From a virus (lineage: Duplodnaviria > Caudoviricetes): a stretch of 34,582 nt of DNA. A program made the position numbers and the translations under genes. This document shows positions 8,172 through 16,867 of the stretch, one piece after another. Under the pieces are notes generated by a model. It ran no database searches. It was not told the origin of the DNA and saw nothing but the letters and a program-made list of their open reading frames with translations. The first letter of the stretch is position 1; the number at the start of each line of letters is the position of its first letter. The stretch covers positions 1 to 34,582 of the IMG/VR virus record IMGVR_UViG_3300035544_000022. One strand, 5' to 3'.

Positions 8172-9255
8172 GCAACGTATCGATCAACTATCTGTTGCGT
8201 TTACTGATATATACTTAGAGTTAGAAACTGACTTACTTGTGAATATAGCTGAAAAGCTAGCGGAAGCGGATATAGACGATATAAACACGTGGTCTATTGA
8301 GGTACAGAACAATCTAGCAACATTGAGCAATAGCAATAGAGAACTAATCATCAACAAACAAGCAGGCGTTGAACGTAAGTTACTAGAAACGATTGAAAAA
8401 GCAGGTTTTGAATCAGTTGACGAATTCGAGGACTTTCTAAGTGAACAAGCTGAAAAAGGGCGATTAAACACAGCGCCACCGATTAGAGAATCCAATCAAC
8501 TAGCTAGCATTATTACAACGGTTCTAGAAGAAGCGAAAGAACGCGTGAACATCGTAAATACAACGATGTTACAACAGTCAGAACAGGCTTACCTTGATAT
8601 AGTCAACAGAGTAACGAATGAGGTCACGGTAGGCTTAAAAACACCACAGGAAGCACTAAGACAAGTGGCTAGTGAATGGGCTGATATTGGCATACCTGCA
8701 TTAATAGACAAACGAGGTCGCAGATGGTCAACAGAAGCATACGTAAACATGATTACACGCACACAAGTTAACAACGTCGCTAATGCTATGCAAGATGAAC
8801 GATTTAAAGAATATGGTGTGGACTTAGTTGAGGTATCGTCGCATGCTGGCGCAAGACCAGGTTGCGCACCATATCAAGGGAAAATATATTCAGTAAGTGG
8901 CAATAGTAGACGATTCCCACCATTGTCTGAAACGAGTATAGGGGAACCAGCAGGATTGTTTGGAGTTAACTGTGGTCACGTGAAATATCCATATGTGCAA
9001 GGGGTTTCCAAAAAGACGAATATACGGTATAATAAAGAAGAAAACAATCGCATTTATAAAGAATCGCAACAACAGAGATACATCGAAAGACAAATACGCA
9101 AGGCGAAACGCGAACAATTAATGTTAGAAGCGTTAGGAGATAACGAAGGTGTGGCAATCGCAAAACAAAAAGCAAGAGCGCAGCAAAAGAATATGCGTGA
9201 GTTTATCGATAAGACAGATAGAACACGTAGACGTAACAGAGAGCAAATTGTCTAG
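8164..9255 (+). CDS. Minor capsid protein (phage_min_cap2-like)
   Basis: DKRGRRWS, VSSHAGARPGCAPYQGKIYS, GLFGVNCGH, QRYIERQIRK; ATG at 8164 overlaps the portal end. Confidence 0.9.
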   Translation: MNKQRIDQLSVAFTDIYLELETDLLVNIAEKLAEADIDDINTWSIEVQNNLATLSNSNRELIINKQAGVERKLLETIEKAGFESVDEFEDFLSEQAEKGRLNTAPPIRESNQLASIITTVLEEAKERVNIVNTTMLQQSEQAYLDIVNRVTNEVTVGLKTPQEALRQVASEWADIGIPALIDKRGRRWSTEAYVNMITRTQVNNVANAMQDERFKEYGVDLVEVSSHAGARPGCAPYQGKIYSVSGNSRRFPPLSETSIGEPAGLFGVNCGHVKYPYVQGVSKKTNIRYNKEENNRIYKESQQQRYIERQIRKAKREQLMLEALGDNEGVAIAKQKARAQQKNMREFIDKTDRTRRRNREQIV

Positions 9256-9266
9256 GAGGTGATGGC

Positions 9267-9392
9267 TTGTTAAACAAGAAAGAGATTAAAGAACTTGAGC
9301 ATCGTGTCACTGTGTTAGAAAATCAACTGATTAACTTATCGATGGAAGTAGCAAAACTGAAACAAGAAGAAAAACCAACTTATCTAGCGTAG
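9267..9392 (+). CDS. Small coiled-coil protein (41 aa, not in ORF track)
   Basis: AGGAGGTG RBS then TTG; MLNKKEIKELEHRVTVLENQL... Confidence 0.55.
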   Translation: MLNKKEIKELEHRVTVLENQLINLSMEVAKLKQEEKPTYLA

Positions 9393-9513
9393 AGAGGTGG
9401 TGATCTAATATCTCGTTAGTTACATACGTTAGTAACTTGTCCTAAACACGACATTAAACTGTTAAATCCTATCGTGTTCGCAACACGTTAAAACAGCGTA
9501 AGGAGATGCTATT

Positions 9514-10071
9514 ATGAACAGAGAACTACTTAAAGAATTAGGCTTAGAAGATGAAGCGATTAATAAAGTTATGTCGGAATACGGTAAAACAGTGAATGAG
9601 TTAAAAGAAAAGGCGGAAAAGTACGATACTTTAGAAGCACAAATCAATGATTACAAAACTCAACTGGAAGAACGTGACGAGCAACTCAACGCTTTATCTG
9701 AAAAAGCCAAAGGTAATGAAGAATTGACTAGTCAAATTGAAGAATTGAAGCAACAAAACGAACAAGTGAAAACAGAATATGAAGAAAAGTTAACAAAGCA
9801 ACAATTTGACTTTAACTTAGATAAGACGTTATCAAGTGAAGTTAAAAACACGAAAGCAGTGAAATCGTTGTTAGACTTAGATACAGTTAAGTTTGATAAC
9901 GGTGATTTTATTGGACTAAAAGAGCAAGTAGAAAAATTAAAAGAAAGCGATCCTTATTTGTTTAAAGAAGCGGAAGAAGAAAAGAAACCATCTTATTCAA
10001 CAGGCGACCATAAAGGCGAAGTGAAAACAGACGGACTATCTTCTTTACGTAAAGCAATGGGATTGCAATAG
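9514..10071 (+). CDS. Capsid scaffolding protein (GP20-like)
   Basis: MNRELLKELGL...coiled coil...GLKEQVEKLKESDPYLF; precedes capsid gene. Confidence 0.9.
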   Translation: MNRELLKELGLEDEAINKVMSEYGKTVNELKEKAEKYDTLEAQINDYKTQLEERDEQLNALSEKAKGNEELTSQIEELKQQNEQVKTEYEEKLTKQQFDFNLDKTLSSEVKNTKAVKSLLDLDTVKFDNGDFIGLKEQVEKLKESDPYLFKEAEEEKKPSYSTGDHKGEVKTDGLSSLRKAMGLQ

Positions 10072-10082
10072 GAGGAATTTAA

Positions 10083-10994
10083 ATGGCAAACACGATTAAT
10101 TTAATTGAAAAGTATGTACCACTTTTAGATGAGGTGTACAAAACAAACGCACTAACAGCTAACTTAGATGCACCGGCTGACTTGATTCGAGAAACAGCGG
10201 ACGCTAAGACGATTCTTTTAGCTGACATGGTATTGCAGGGGCTTGGTGACTATGACCGTGCTAACGGATTTGTGAATGGTGATGCGACATTGACGTGGAA
10301 CTCACATACATTCTCTATGGACCGCGGACGTAGTTTCCAGATTGATTCTATGGATAATCAAGAAACAGCAGATGTTGCTTATGGACGTTTGGCAGGCGAA
10401 TTCATTCGTTCTTACGTTGTACCTGAAGTTGATGCTTATCGTTTTGCGACAATGGCAGGCAGTGCAGGAACAACGGTTAACGCTGATTTAACAGCTACCA
10501 CCGTTGTACAAGCAATCGATACAGCAGGCGCACAGATGGACGATGCAGAAGTACCGACAGAGGGGCGTATTCTTTACGTATCGCCACAAACTTATAACGC
10601 GATTAAGCAATCTGATTTGTTCGAGCGCAATGTTGAAACAGTCGGACAAGACGGCATTTCACGTACGTTCAGCATGTTTGATGGTATGCGAGTTGTTAAA
10701 GTACCTAAAACACGTTTCCAAACCGGATTTACGTTTAATGACGGTACGACAGTTGGACAAGAAGCGGGTGGATTTGTCCAAGCGGTTGGACAACGCGCTA
10801 TTAACTTTATGATTGTGCATCCATCTGCAGTCGCATCTATTACTAAGCATGCTAAACCACGCGTGTTCAGTCCTGATGTGAACCAAGAAGCAGACGCGTG
10901 GAAATATGACTATCGTTTATACCACGATCTATTTGTTCTTGGCAATAAAGTTGATGGTATCTACGTACACGCAGTAGCAACAGCTAACGTATAA
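10083..10994 (+). CDS. Major capsid protein
   Basis: GLGDYDRANGF, DRGRSFQIDSMD, VVPEVDAYRF, YRLYHDLFV; position after scaffold. Confidence 0.92.
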   Translation: MANTINLIEKYVPLLDEVYKTNALTANLDAPADLIRETADAKTILLADMVLQGLGDYDRANGFVNGDATLTWNSHTFSMDRGRSFQIDSMDNQETADVAYGRLAGEFIRSYVVPEVDAYRFATMAGSAGTTVNADLTATTVVQAIDTAGAQMDDAEVPTEGRILYVSPQTYNAIKQSDLFERNVETVGQDGISRTFSMFDGMRVVKVPKTRFQTGFTFNDGTTVGQEAGGFVQAVGQRAINFMIVHPSAVASITKHAKPRVFSPDVNQEADAWKYDYRLYHDLFVLGNKVDGIYVHAVATANV

Positions 10995-10999
10995 GAAAT

Positions 11000-11019
11000 G
11001 GGGCTTAACAGCCCCTTTT
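11000..11019 (+). terminator. Intrinsic terminator after capsid gene
   Basis: GGGGCT-taac-AGCCCC-TTTT. Confidence 0.65.
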
Positions 11020-11033
11020 AAAGGGGTGAGTAA

Positions 11034-11237
11034 ATGATTAAACTAAAAAAAGGCGGTATCTACCGTTTTGTTGAAGAAAAAGACGTCGCTAAGTTTAAAA
11101 AGTTAGGTTTTAACGTTGTCGAACAAGAAAAACCTAAAACGGTCAAAGAAATCAAAAAGGCTTTAGATGATAAAGGTGTTGAGTATGACAGCGACATGAA
11201 AAAAGATGAATTACTTGCTTTGCTAGGCGGTGAGTAA
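11034..11237 (+). CDS. HeH/LEM-like domain small head-region protein
   Basis: TVKEIKKALDDKGVEYDSDMKKDELLALL. Confidence 0.75.
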   Translation: MIKLKKGGIYRFVEEKDVAKFKKLGFNVVEQEKPKTVKEIKKALDDKGVEYDSDMKKDELLALLGGE

Positions 11238-11616
11238 CGTGTACACAGACGAAACATATTACAATGGCACTTACAGAGGTATAGAAGTAGATTCAACAGA
11301 ACTAACACGTATGCTAGCGCGTGCAAGTGATTATATCGATATGTTGACTAACTACAAGTTAAAAGCAATCGACATTAATACGCTCGATCCGTTCTTTCAA
11401 GAGCAAATCAAAAAAGCAACGTGTGCGCAAGTCGAATCGTGGCAAAAACAAGGCGGAATTGACGTTGTTGGTGCAGGTTATGACAGTGTGAATATCGGTA
11501 ACTTTAGTTATAGTGGCGGTAGTGATTCACAACAATCGCGAGTTGATGCTAATGTTATTGGTTATCTAAAGCCGACAGGTTTGTTATACAGCGGAGTTAG
11601 TCGCTATGGTTATTAA
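11230..11616 (+). CDS. Head-tail connector
   Basis: RASDYID...IKKATCAQVE...IGNFSYS...YLKPTGLLYSGV; position. Confidence 0.8.
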   Translation: MSNVYTDETYYNGTYRGIEVDSTELTRMLARASDYIDMLTNYKLKAIDINTLDPFFQEQIKKATCAQVESWQKQGGIDVVGAGYDSVNIGNFSYSGGSDSQQSRVDANVIGYLKPTGLLYSGVSRYGY

Positions 11617-11941
11617 ACCTATATCAAAGCAGTTACTACCGCACACGGTCACGTATAGTGAGTATGAGGGTGTCAATTCGTGGGAAGATGAAACTATCTA
11701 TTCAGAGCCTATCACTATCTATAACGTACGCGTGCAGTATAACAGTCGGTTTAATCAAACAGCCGATAGCGAGAACAAAACGTATAACGCGTTAATGTTT
11801 GTTGATGTGGTTAATACTAGCCCACAAGTTAATTTTGTTGAAGAATCAAAAGTTATGTTTGACGGTAAAGAAATGTTTATCACAGAGATTGAACCGGTGT
11901 ACGCTGATACATTGCATCATTTAGAGGTGAAACTTGTATGA
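11606..11941 (+). CDS. Head closure / minor capsid protein
   Basis: LLPHTVTY...HHLEVKLV; A118-like synteny. Confidence 0.78.
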   Translation: MVIKPISKQLLPHTVTYSEYEGVNSWEDETIYSEPITIYNVRVQYNSRFNQTADSENKTYNALMFVDVVNTSPQVNFVEESKVMFDGKEMFITEIEPVYADTLHHLEVKLV

Positions 11942-12279
11942 GTTATACGTTTAATCGTCGAAAAGTTAGAAAACGTTATGACAAAGCGTCACAACACGCG
12001 CAATTCATACTTGACCAGCAAATATTAAAAGATACTAACGAGTATGTTCCAAAAGATACAGGTAATCTAGTGAACAGTAGTATTATTCACAGCGTACCCG
12101 GTAGCGGTTTGATAGTATGGTCTACTAAATACGTAAGACGATTGTATTACGGCACACAAATGCGGTTTAGTAAGGATAGGAACGGTAAGGCTCAAGCGCT
12201 ATGGTTTGAAGCTAGTAAAGCGAACAATAAGCGCAGGTGGCTTGATGTTGCTCGTAACGCGTTTAAGGGAGGGTTTTAA
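11938..12279 (+). CDS. Neck / minor capsid protein
   Basis: YVPKDTGNL...YVRRLYYG...WFEASK. Confidence 0.8.
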   Translation: MSYTFNRRKVRKRYDKASQHAQFILDQQILKDTNEYVPKDTGNLVNSSIIHSVPGSGLIVWSTKYVRRLYYGTQMRFSKDRNGKAQALWFEASKANNKRRWLDVARNAFKGGF

Positions 12280-12638
12280 TGTTATCGGATATTGTAAGAG
12301 AAACAGAACTAGCACTCACATTGTTTGATAGCATTATGCCTATGACGTTAAACGACGGCAACAGCATTGCTATTAAGACGACACCGACGACAGACGACAA
12401 CTATCGTTTGAACGGTGGCAGGACATATGTGTTAGGTATTCAAGTTTTGGTTAGACATAACAAATGGCAAACGGCTTGGAAAACGATTCAAGACATTAAC
12501 GATTTGTGGCAGTTCAAAAGATTGCCGATTGATGGACTAACAAACATACAAGCAACTACGAATCCTAACTTTATCGACAAGACGGAACATAAAGAATATG
12601 AGTTTACAGCGATTTATAATTTTGAATTTGAAAGGTAG
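12279..12638 (+). CDS. Tail terminator / minor capsid protein
   Basis: Size and position before tail tube gene. Confidence 0.7.
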   Translation: MLSDIVRETELALTLFDSIMPMTLNDGNSIAIKTTPTTDDNYRLNGGRTYVLGIQVLVRHNKWQTAWKTIQDINDLWQFKRLPIDGLTNIQATTNPNFIDKTEHKEYEFTAIYNFEFER

Positions 12639-12646
12639 GTTAAAAC

Positions 12647-13087
12647 ATGGCAGGATTTTTCTTGAATAGTGCATACACGTTTGAAATTGGCGATGACGTT
12701 ACAACGCTCAATACGCTAGGCGCAGGATTGTCAGAAGTAGACGTACAAAACAACGAGGAAACAGACCAAACCGCTTATTTAGACGGTGACGGTTTCTTAA
12801 CAACTGATGTTATTGGCGCACAGTTAACGTTTGAATTTACAGGCCACCGTTTATACGGTGACGCAGCACAAGACTTTGTTTTTGGCAAGGTTTTAACTTT
12901 AGGTAGCGCGCGTAATTGTCACTTTAGCGTAACTGATCCGGAGGGTGGCATCTTTGCAGGTCCAGCTACTGTAACAATTACTAGCGGTATTGGTGGCGGT
13001 GCGGCAAACGCTAAGAGTGAAATCTCATTCGGTGTACATTTCAATGGTAAACCAGCGTACACAGAACCACCAGTACCAGTCGTATAA
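12647..13087 (+). CDS. Major tail (tube) protein
   Basis: YLDGDG...TDVIG...FTGHRLYGDAAQDF...FNGKP; followed by terminator. Confidence 0.88.
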   Translation: MAGFFLNSAYTFEIGDDVTTLNTLGAGLSEVDVQNNEETDQTAYLDGDGFLTTDVIGAQLTFEFTGHRLYGDAAQDFVFGKVLTLGSARNCHFSVTDPEGGIFAGPATVTITSGIGGGAANAKSEISFGVHFNGKPAYTEPPVPVV

Positions 13088-13093
13088 TAACAC

Positions 13094-13127
13094 AAGGGGA
13101 TAGCATTAGATTGTTATCCTCTTTTTT
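13094..13127 (+). terminator. Intrinsic terminator after tail tube gene
   Basis: AAGGGGATAGCA-ttagat-TGTTATCCTCTT-T run. Confidence 0.65.
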
Positions 13128-13136
13128 AAAAGGAGA

Positions 13137-13520
13137 ATGAATATGCAAGAGTTTAAGTTTAATAACAGTTATGAAGAATTTAAAATTGGTGGCAAAACAT
13201 ATAAAGTCGATTTTAGCGATGAAAAGATTAAAGAATACATTAAGAGCATTAAAGAATACGAATCGCGCGCAAAAGAATTAGAAGAACGATCAAAAGGCGA
13301 TTTATCAGAAGAACAGCAATTACAACTGATTGACGACAGCTTAAAAGAACTAGAATCATTTATTGATTTGGTCTTAGGAAAAGGTAACTTCACTGAAATC
13401 TATGAAGCTAGCGGAAAATCAATGTATAACATGCAATTGTTTAGTGAATGGCTTGCAGTATTTCTAGGTGAGAATGTACAGAAGAAAAAAGGCGACGCTA
13501 TTAAACGATATAAGAAGTGA
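13137..13520 (+). CDS. Tail assembly chaperone
   Basis: Between tube and tape measure genes; FKIGGKTYKVDFSD...IDLVLGKGNFTEIY. Confidence 0.78.
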   Translation: MNMQEFKFNNSYEEFKIGGKTYKVDFSDEKIKEYIKSIKEYESRAKELEERSKGDLSEEQQLQLIDDSLKELESFIDLVLGKGNFTEIYEASGKSMYNMQLFSEWLAVFLGENVQKKKGDAIKRYKK

Positions 13521-13524
13521 TTAG

Positions 13525-14118
13525 ATGTTTACACACGTAAAGAAAAATATTATCGAGCATGACGGACAAACATATGAGATTAACGACACTTTTAATAACG
13601 TGTTACTACTTGTCGAGATGCTAGAAGATGAGATGCTAGAAGATGGTGAAAAACTAGCTTTAGCGGTTGAGATTGCAACAGGTGTCGAGTGTTTGAATGG
13701 TGATGGGTTAACGCAAGATGTAGAATGGTTACTAGCGATGTATGATAAAGTGATAGATTATCTGTTTGACAAGAAAGCAGATGATGAAGAACAAAGCGAT
13801 CCGATTTATAACTTTACGCAAGATAGTGAATTGATTTACGCATCGTTTTTACAAGACTACAACATCGACTTACTTAACGAGCTAGATAAGTTATCATTTA
13901 CAAAGTTTAGTACGTTGCTAAGACAGTTAAGCGATGATACACCGTTCAAAAAAGCGGTTGGGTATCGTGTGACGAAGATACCACCATTAACAAAGTATAA
14001 CAAAGACCAAGTAGAGCATTTAAAGGCTATGAAGCGCGTTTATGCACTCAAGAAAGATAATAAACCTAAGAACAACGACAAAGCACTAGACAGCGTATTT
14101 GGGGCTTTAAAAAGGTAG
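13525..14118 (+). CDS. A118 Gp15-like protein
   Basis: YNFTQDSELIYASFLQDYNIDL...LSDDT...R motif. Confidence 0.85.
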   Translation: MFTHVKKNIIEHDGQTYEINDTFNNVLLLVEMLEDEMLEDGEKLALAVEIATGVECLNGDGLTQDVEWLLAMYDKVIDYLFDKKADDEEQSDPIYNFTQDSELIYASFLQDYNIDLLNELDKLSFTKFSTLLRQLSDDTPFKKAVGYRVTKIPPLTKYNKDQVEHLKAMKRVYALKKDNKPKNNDKALDSVFGALKR

Positions 14119-14127
14119 GTGAATTAA

Positions 14128-16164
14128 ATGACAGATGGAAGTATTAAGATTGACACGAAGATAGACAGTAAACAGTTTGACAAAGATATGCAGTCTATCG
14201 AAAAAAAGTTGAAAAAGACGTCTGATAATCTTGGGAAGATGGGTAAGAATTTAACGACAGGCGTGTCATTACCAATTGCCGGACTATTTGCTGGTTTTGC
14301 TAAATCAGCGATGGACTTAGAAGCGACGGAAGCAAAGTATAACACGGTTTTCGAGGGTATGACTGATCAAGCAGATGAATTTATTAGCGAGTTTCAAAAG
14401 CTAACACCTGCCACAAAAGCAGAAGCGCAATCTATGGCGAGTGGTTTACAAGATTTGTTAATTCCAATGGGCGTTGCGCGTGATGAAGCAACCGACATGA
14501 CTGGTGAGTTTATGCACGTTGCAGGTGCATTGGCTAACTTCAACAGTGGTACGCATACATCACAAGACGTAATGAACGCAATGAACAGCGCTTTGACTGG
14601 TCAATATGACAGTTTAAAAAGTTTAGGTATACAACTTGACGCAACAACCGTAAAAGAAAAAGCCGTGCAAATGGGTCTGGCATCATCAACAGATGAAGTT
14701 GACAAGAAGATGCAAGCGGAAGTATTACTAAGTGAAGTTTACGCACAGTCAGGCGATGCGCTTAATGCTTACAACGAAGAAAACTTAGATGCTAAAACTA
14801 AGATGCAACTAGCAAAAACGGAAGCGATTGATTTAGCGGCGAGTTTTGGTGAGTTACTGTTACCGATGATTAACAGTTTAATCGATGGTGTTAGAAAAGT
14901 TATTGAATGGTTCAGCGGATTTGATGAGGAAACGCAAAAAACAATCTTAACTGTTTTAGCTGTTGTCGCAGCGATTGGCCCACTTGTATTAATCATCAGT
15001 AAAGTTATCGGTGGTATATCGTCAGTTATCGGGTTTTTAACAGCAATGAATCCGATCGTTTTACTCGTTATCGGTGTAATCATTGCGCTAGTTGCAGTAT
15101 TTACGGCATTATGGCAAGAAAACGAAACGTTTAGAACGAAAGTGATGGAAATCTGGAACAGTATCAAAGAGTTTTTTGCTCAAACGTTTGAAGTACTGAA
15201 AGAAGTCTTTAACACGTTTATAACGACTATTAAAGAGTGGTGGGCGAAATGGGGCGCTGATGTTATGCAGATAGCGTTCGATGCTTTTAATTTGATTTAT
15301 GAAACGCTTAGTCAAATCTTCGGCTTTATTAAAGAAGTTGTTAGTCAATTTATTTCGACATTCCAAGAATGGTGGGCAAAATGGGGAGAAGAAATCGTTG
15401 CTAAAGTTGATTGGTTTTTCGGTATCGTGTTTCAAATTATTTATGAAGTGCTAGCGTTTGTTCAAGAAGCGATTGGCGAATTTATCAGTGTAGTTCAAGG
15501 TTGGTGGGATAAGTGGGGAGATACCATCATGAGCGTTGTTGATTTAGCCTTTACGTTCATATGGGAAACTATTTCAAACGTCATGGATACCATCATAAAT
15601 CTTTTAAATGGTGCTTTCGATACAATTAAAGGTGTTTTTGAAACGGTTATGGGCGTTTTAACAGGCGACTGGGATAGAGCGTGGGACGGTATGAAAGACA
15701 CTGTAAAAGGTGTGGCTAACATTATCGGCGGTATTGTCAACGGCATTATTGGCGGTGTTGAAACAATGGTTAATGCGGTAGGTCGTGCGATTAACAAGTT
15801 GCCTAGTTTTAGTATTCCGGATTGGGTTCCAGTTTTCGGTGGTAGTGAATTCGGTATACCTAACATCCCTAACGTGCGTTTACCACGCGTGCCAAGTTTG
15901 GACGTTGGTACTGATCGAGTGAAAGCAGACGGACTAGCTATGCTTCACAAAGGCGAGAGTGTTGTACCTGCCGACGTTGTTGGCGGTGGATATAGCAACG
16001 ATAACGCTATGATGAAAGAGTTAATCAAAGCGTTACGAGAATACAAACCAACGATCAACATTGAAAAAATAGAAAACAATTCGGACAGCGACATTCCGAG
16101 AATTTTAGAACAATCGCAGTGGATTCTTGACAGACAAAGGGGGCGTTTAGATGGCTTGGTTTAG
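14128..16164 (+). CDS. Tape measure protein
   Basis: 678 aa helical; GKNLTTGVSLPI; periodic WWxKWG repeats; LTGDWDRAWDG. Confidence 0.92.
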   Translation: MTDGSIKIDTKIDSKQFDKDMQSIEKKLKKTSDNLGKMGKNLTTGVSLPIAGLFAGFAKSAMDLEATEAKYNTVFEGMTDQADEFISEFQKLTPATKAEAQSMASGLQDLLIPMGVARDEATDMTGEFMHVAGALANFNSGTHTSQDVMNAMNSALTGQYDSLKSLGIQLDATTVKEKAVQMGLASSTDEVDKKMQAEVLLSEVYAQSGDALNAYNEENLDAKTKMQLAKTEAIDLAASFGELLLPMINSLIDGVRKVIEWFSGFDEETQKTILTVLAVVAAIGPLVLIISKVIGGISSVIGFLTAMNPIVLLVIGVIIALVAVFTALWQENETFRTKVMEIWNSIKEFFAQTFEVLKEVFNTFITTIKEWWAKWGADVMQIAFDAFNLIYETLSQIFGFIKEVVSQFISTFQEWWAKWGEEIVAKVDWFFGIVFQIIYEVLAFVQEAIGEFISVVQGWWDKWGDTIMSVVDLAFTFIWETISNVMDTIINLLNGAFDTIKGVFETVMGVLTGDWDRAWDGMKDTVKGVANIIGGIVNGIIGGVETMVNAVGRAINKLPSFSIPDWVPVFGGSEFGIPNIPNVRLPRVPSLDVGTDRVKADGLAMLHKGESVVPADVVGGGYSNDNAMMKELIKALREYKPTINIEKIENNSDSDIPRILEQSQWILDRQRGRLDGLV

Positions 16165-16867
16165 ATTTAATGGTGAAGATAGTCGTGACTACAATATCAA
16201 AATTCATAATGACGTTTCTTTTGTCAGTCCTGAACGCGATATATCGTTTGCTCAAGTTCCAGGGCGTGACGGTGATTTAGCAATTGATAATGGGCGTTAC
16301 AATGCTTATGACTATTCAATACCTATCACGTTAAATTTAAAAGATGGTGATAATGTCGATAGACAATCGAAACGTATCACAGAATGGCTTAAAACTAGTG
16401 AATGGGGCGAATTGGAACTATCGTGGTCACCAGACTATCAATACAAAGCAATGTGTTTTCAAACTTTTGATATGGCACGCACGCTTGAAACGTTCGGTCG
16501 CACAGTGATTAACTTCAGGCTTCAACCTATAAAATATCAGTCAAAAGAAGTCGTTTTAACCGACGGACTAACGATTGTTAATCGTGAAAAACGAGCGTCT
16601 AAGCCACTGATTAACATTGAGGGTATTGGTGCTATAACCATACAAAAAAATGGCGTAGAGTGGCTTGTATTAACGTCAGTAGATGGCTACATCACGATTG
16701 ATAGCGAGTTAATGAGTGTGTACAAAGATAATCTACCGCAATACGAAAAAATGAACAGTAGCATCAGACCGATATTCCCGGTTATTGACCCAGGAGAAAA
16801 TACGTTTACGATCACAGGTAACGTAACAAATATTACGATGGATTGTAGATGGGAGAGTGTAACATGA
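16151..16867 (+). CDS. Distal tail protein (Dit)
   Basis: FRFNGEDSRDY...QVPGRDGDL...PGENTF; follows tape measure gene. Confidence 0.88.
   Translation: MAWFRFNGEDSRDYNIKIHNDVSFVSPERDISFAQVPGRDGDLAIDNGRYNAYDYSIPITLNLKDGDNVDRQSKRITEWLKTSEWGELELSWSPDYQYKAMCFQTFDMARTLETFGRTVINFRLQPIKYQSKEVVLTDGLTIVNREKRASKPLINIEGIGAITIQKNGVEWLVLTSVDGYITIDSELMSVYKDNLPQYEKMNSSIRPIFPVIDPGENTFTITGNVTNITMDCRWESVT

Noticed and set aside
10980-13100. A118/PSA-style frameshift extensions of capsid or tail tube proteins
   Set aside because: Both genes are followed at once by terminator hairpins, with no open Ig-like extension frame seen.
13479-13527. Lambda G/GT-style frameshift at AAG AAA AAA G between the tail chaperone genes
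   Set aside because: The downstream gene is in the +1 frame and has an in-frame TAG (13522-13524) just before its ATG, so no fusion is possible.
13615-13645. 15-bp tandem duplication (EMLED twice) in the Gp15-like gene
   Set aside because: In-frame local duplication with no sign of function.
15230-15530. Periodic WWxKWG repeats
   Set aside because: Ordinary tape-measure periodicity.
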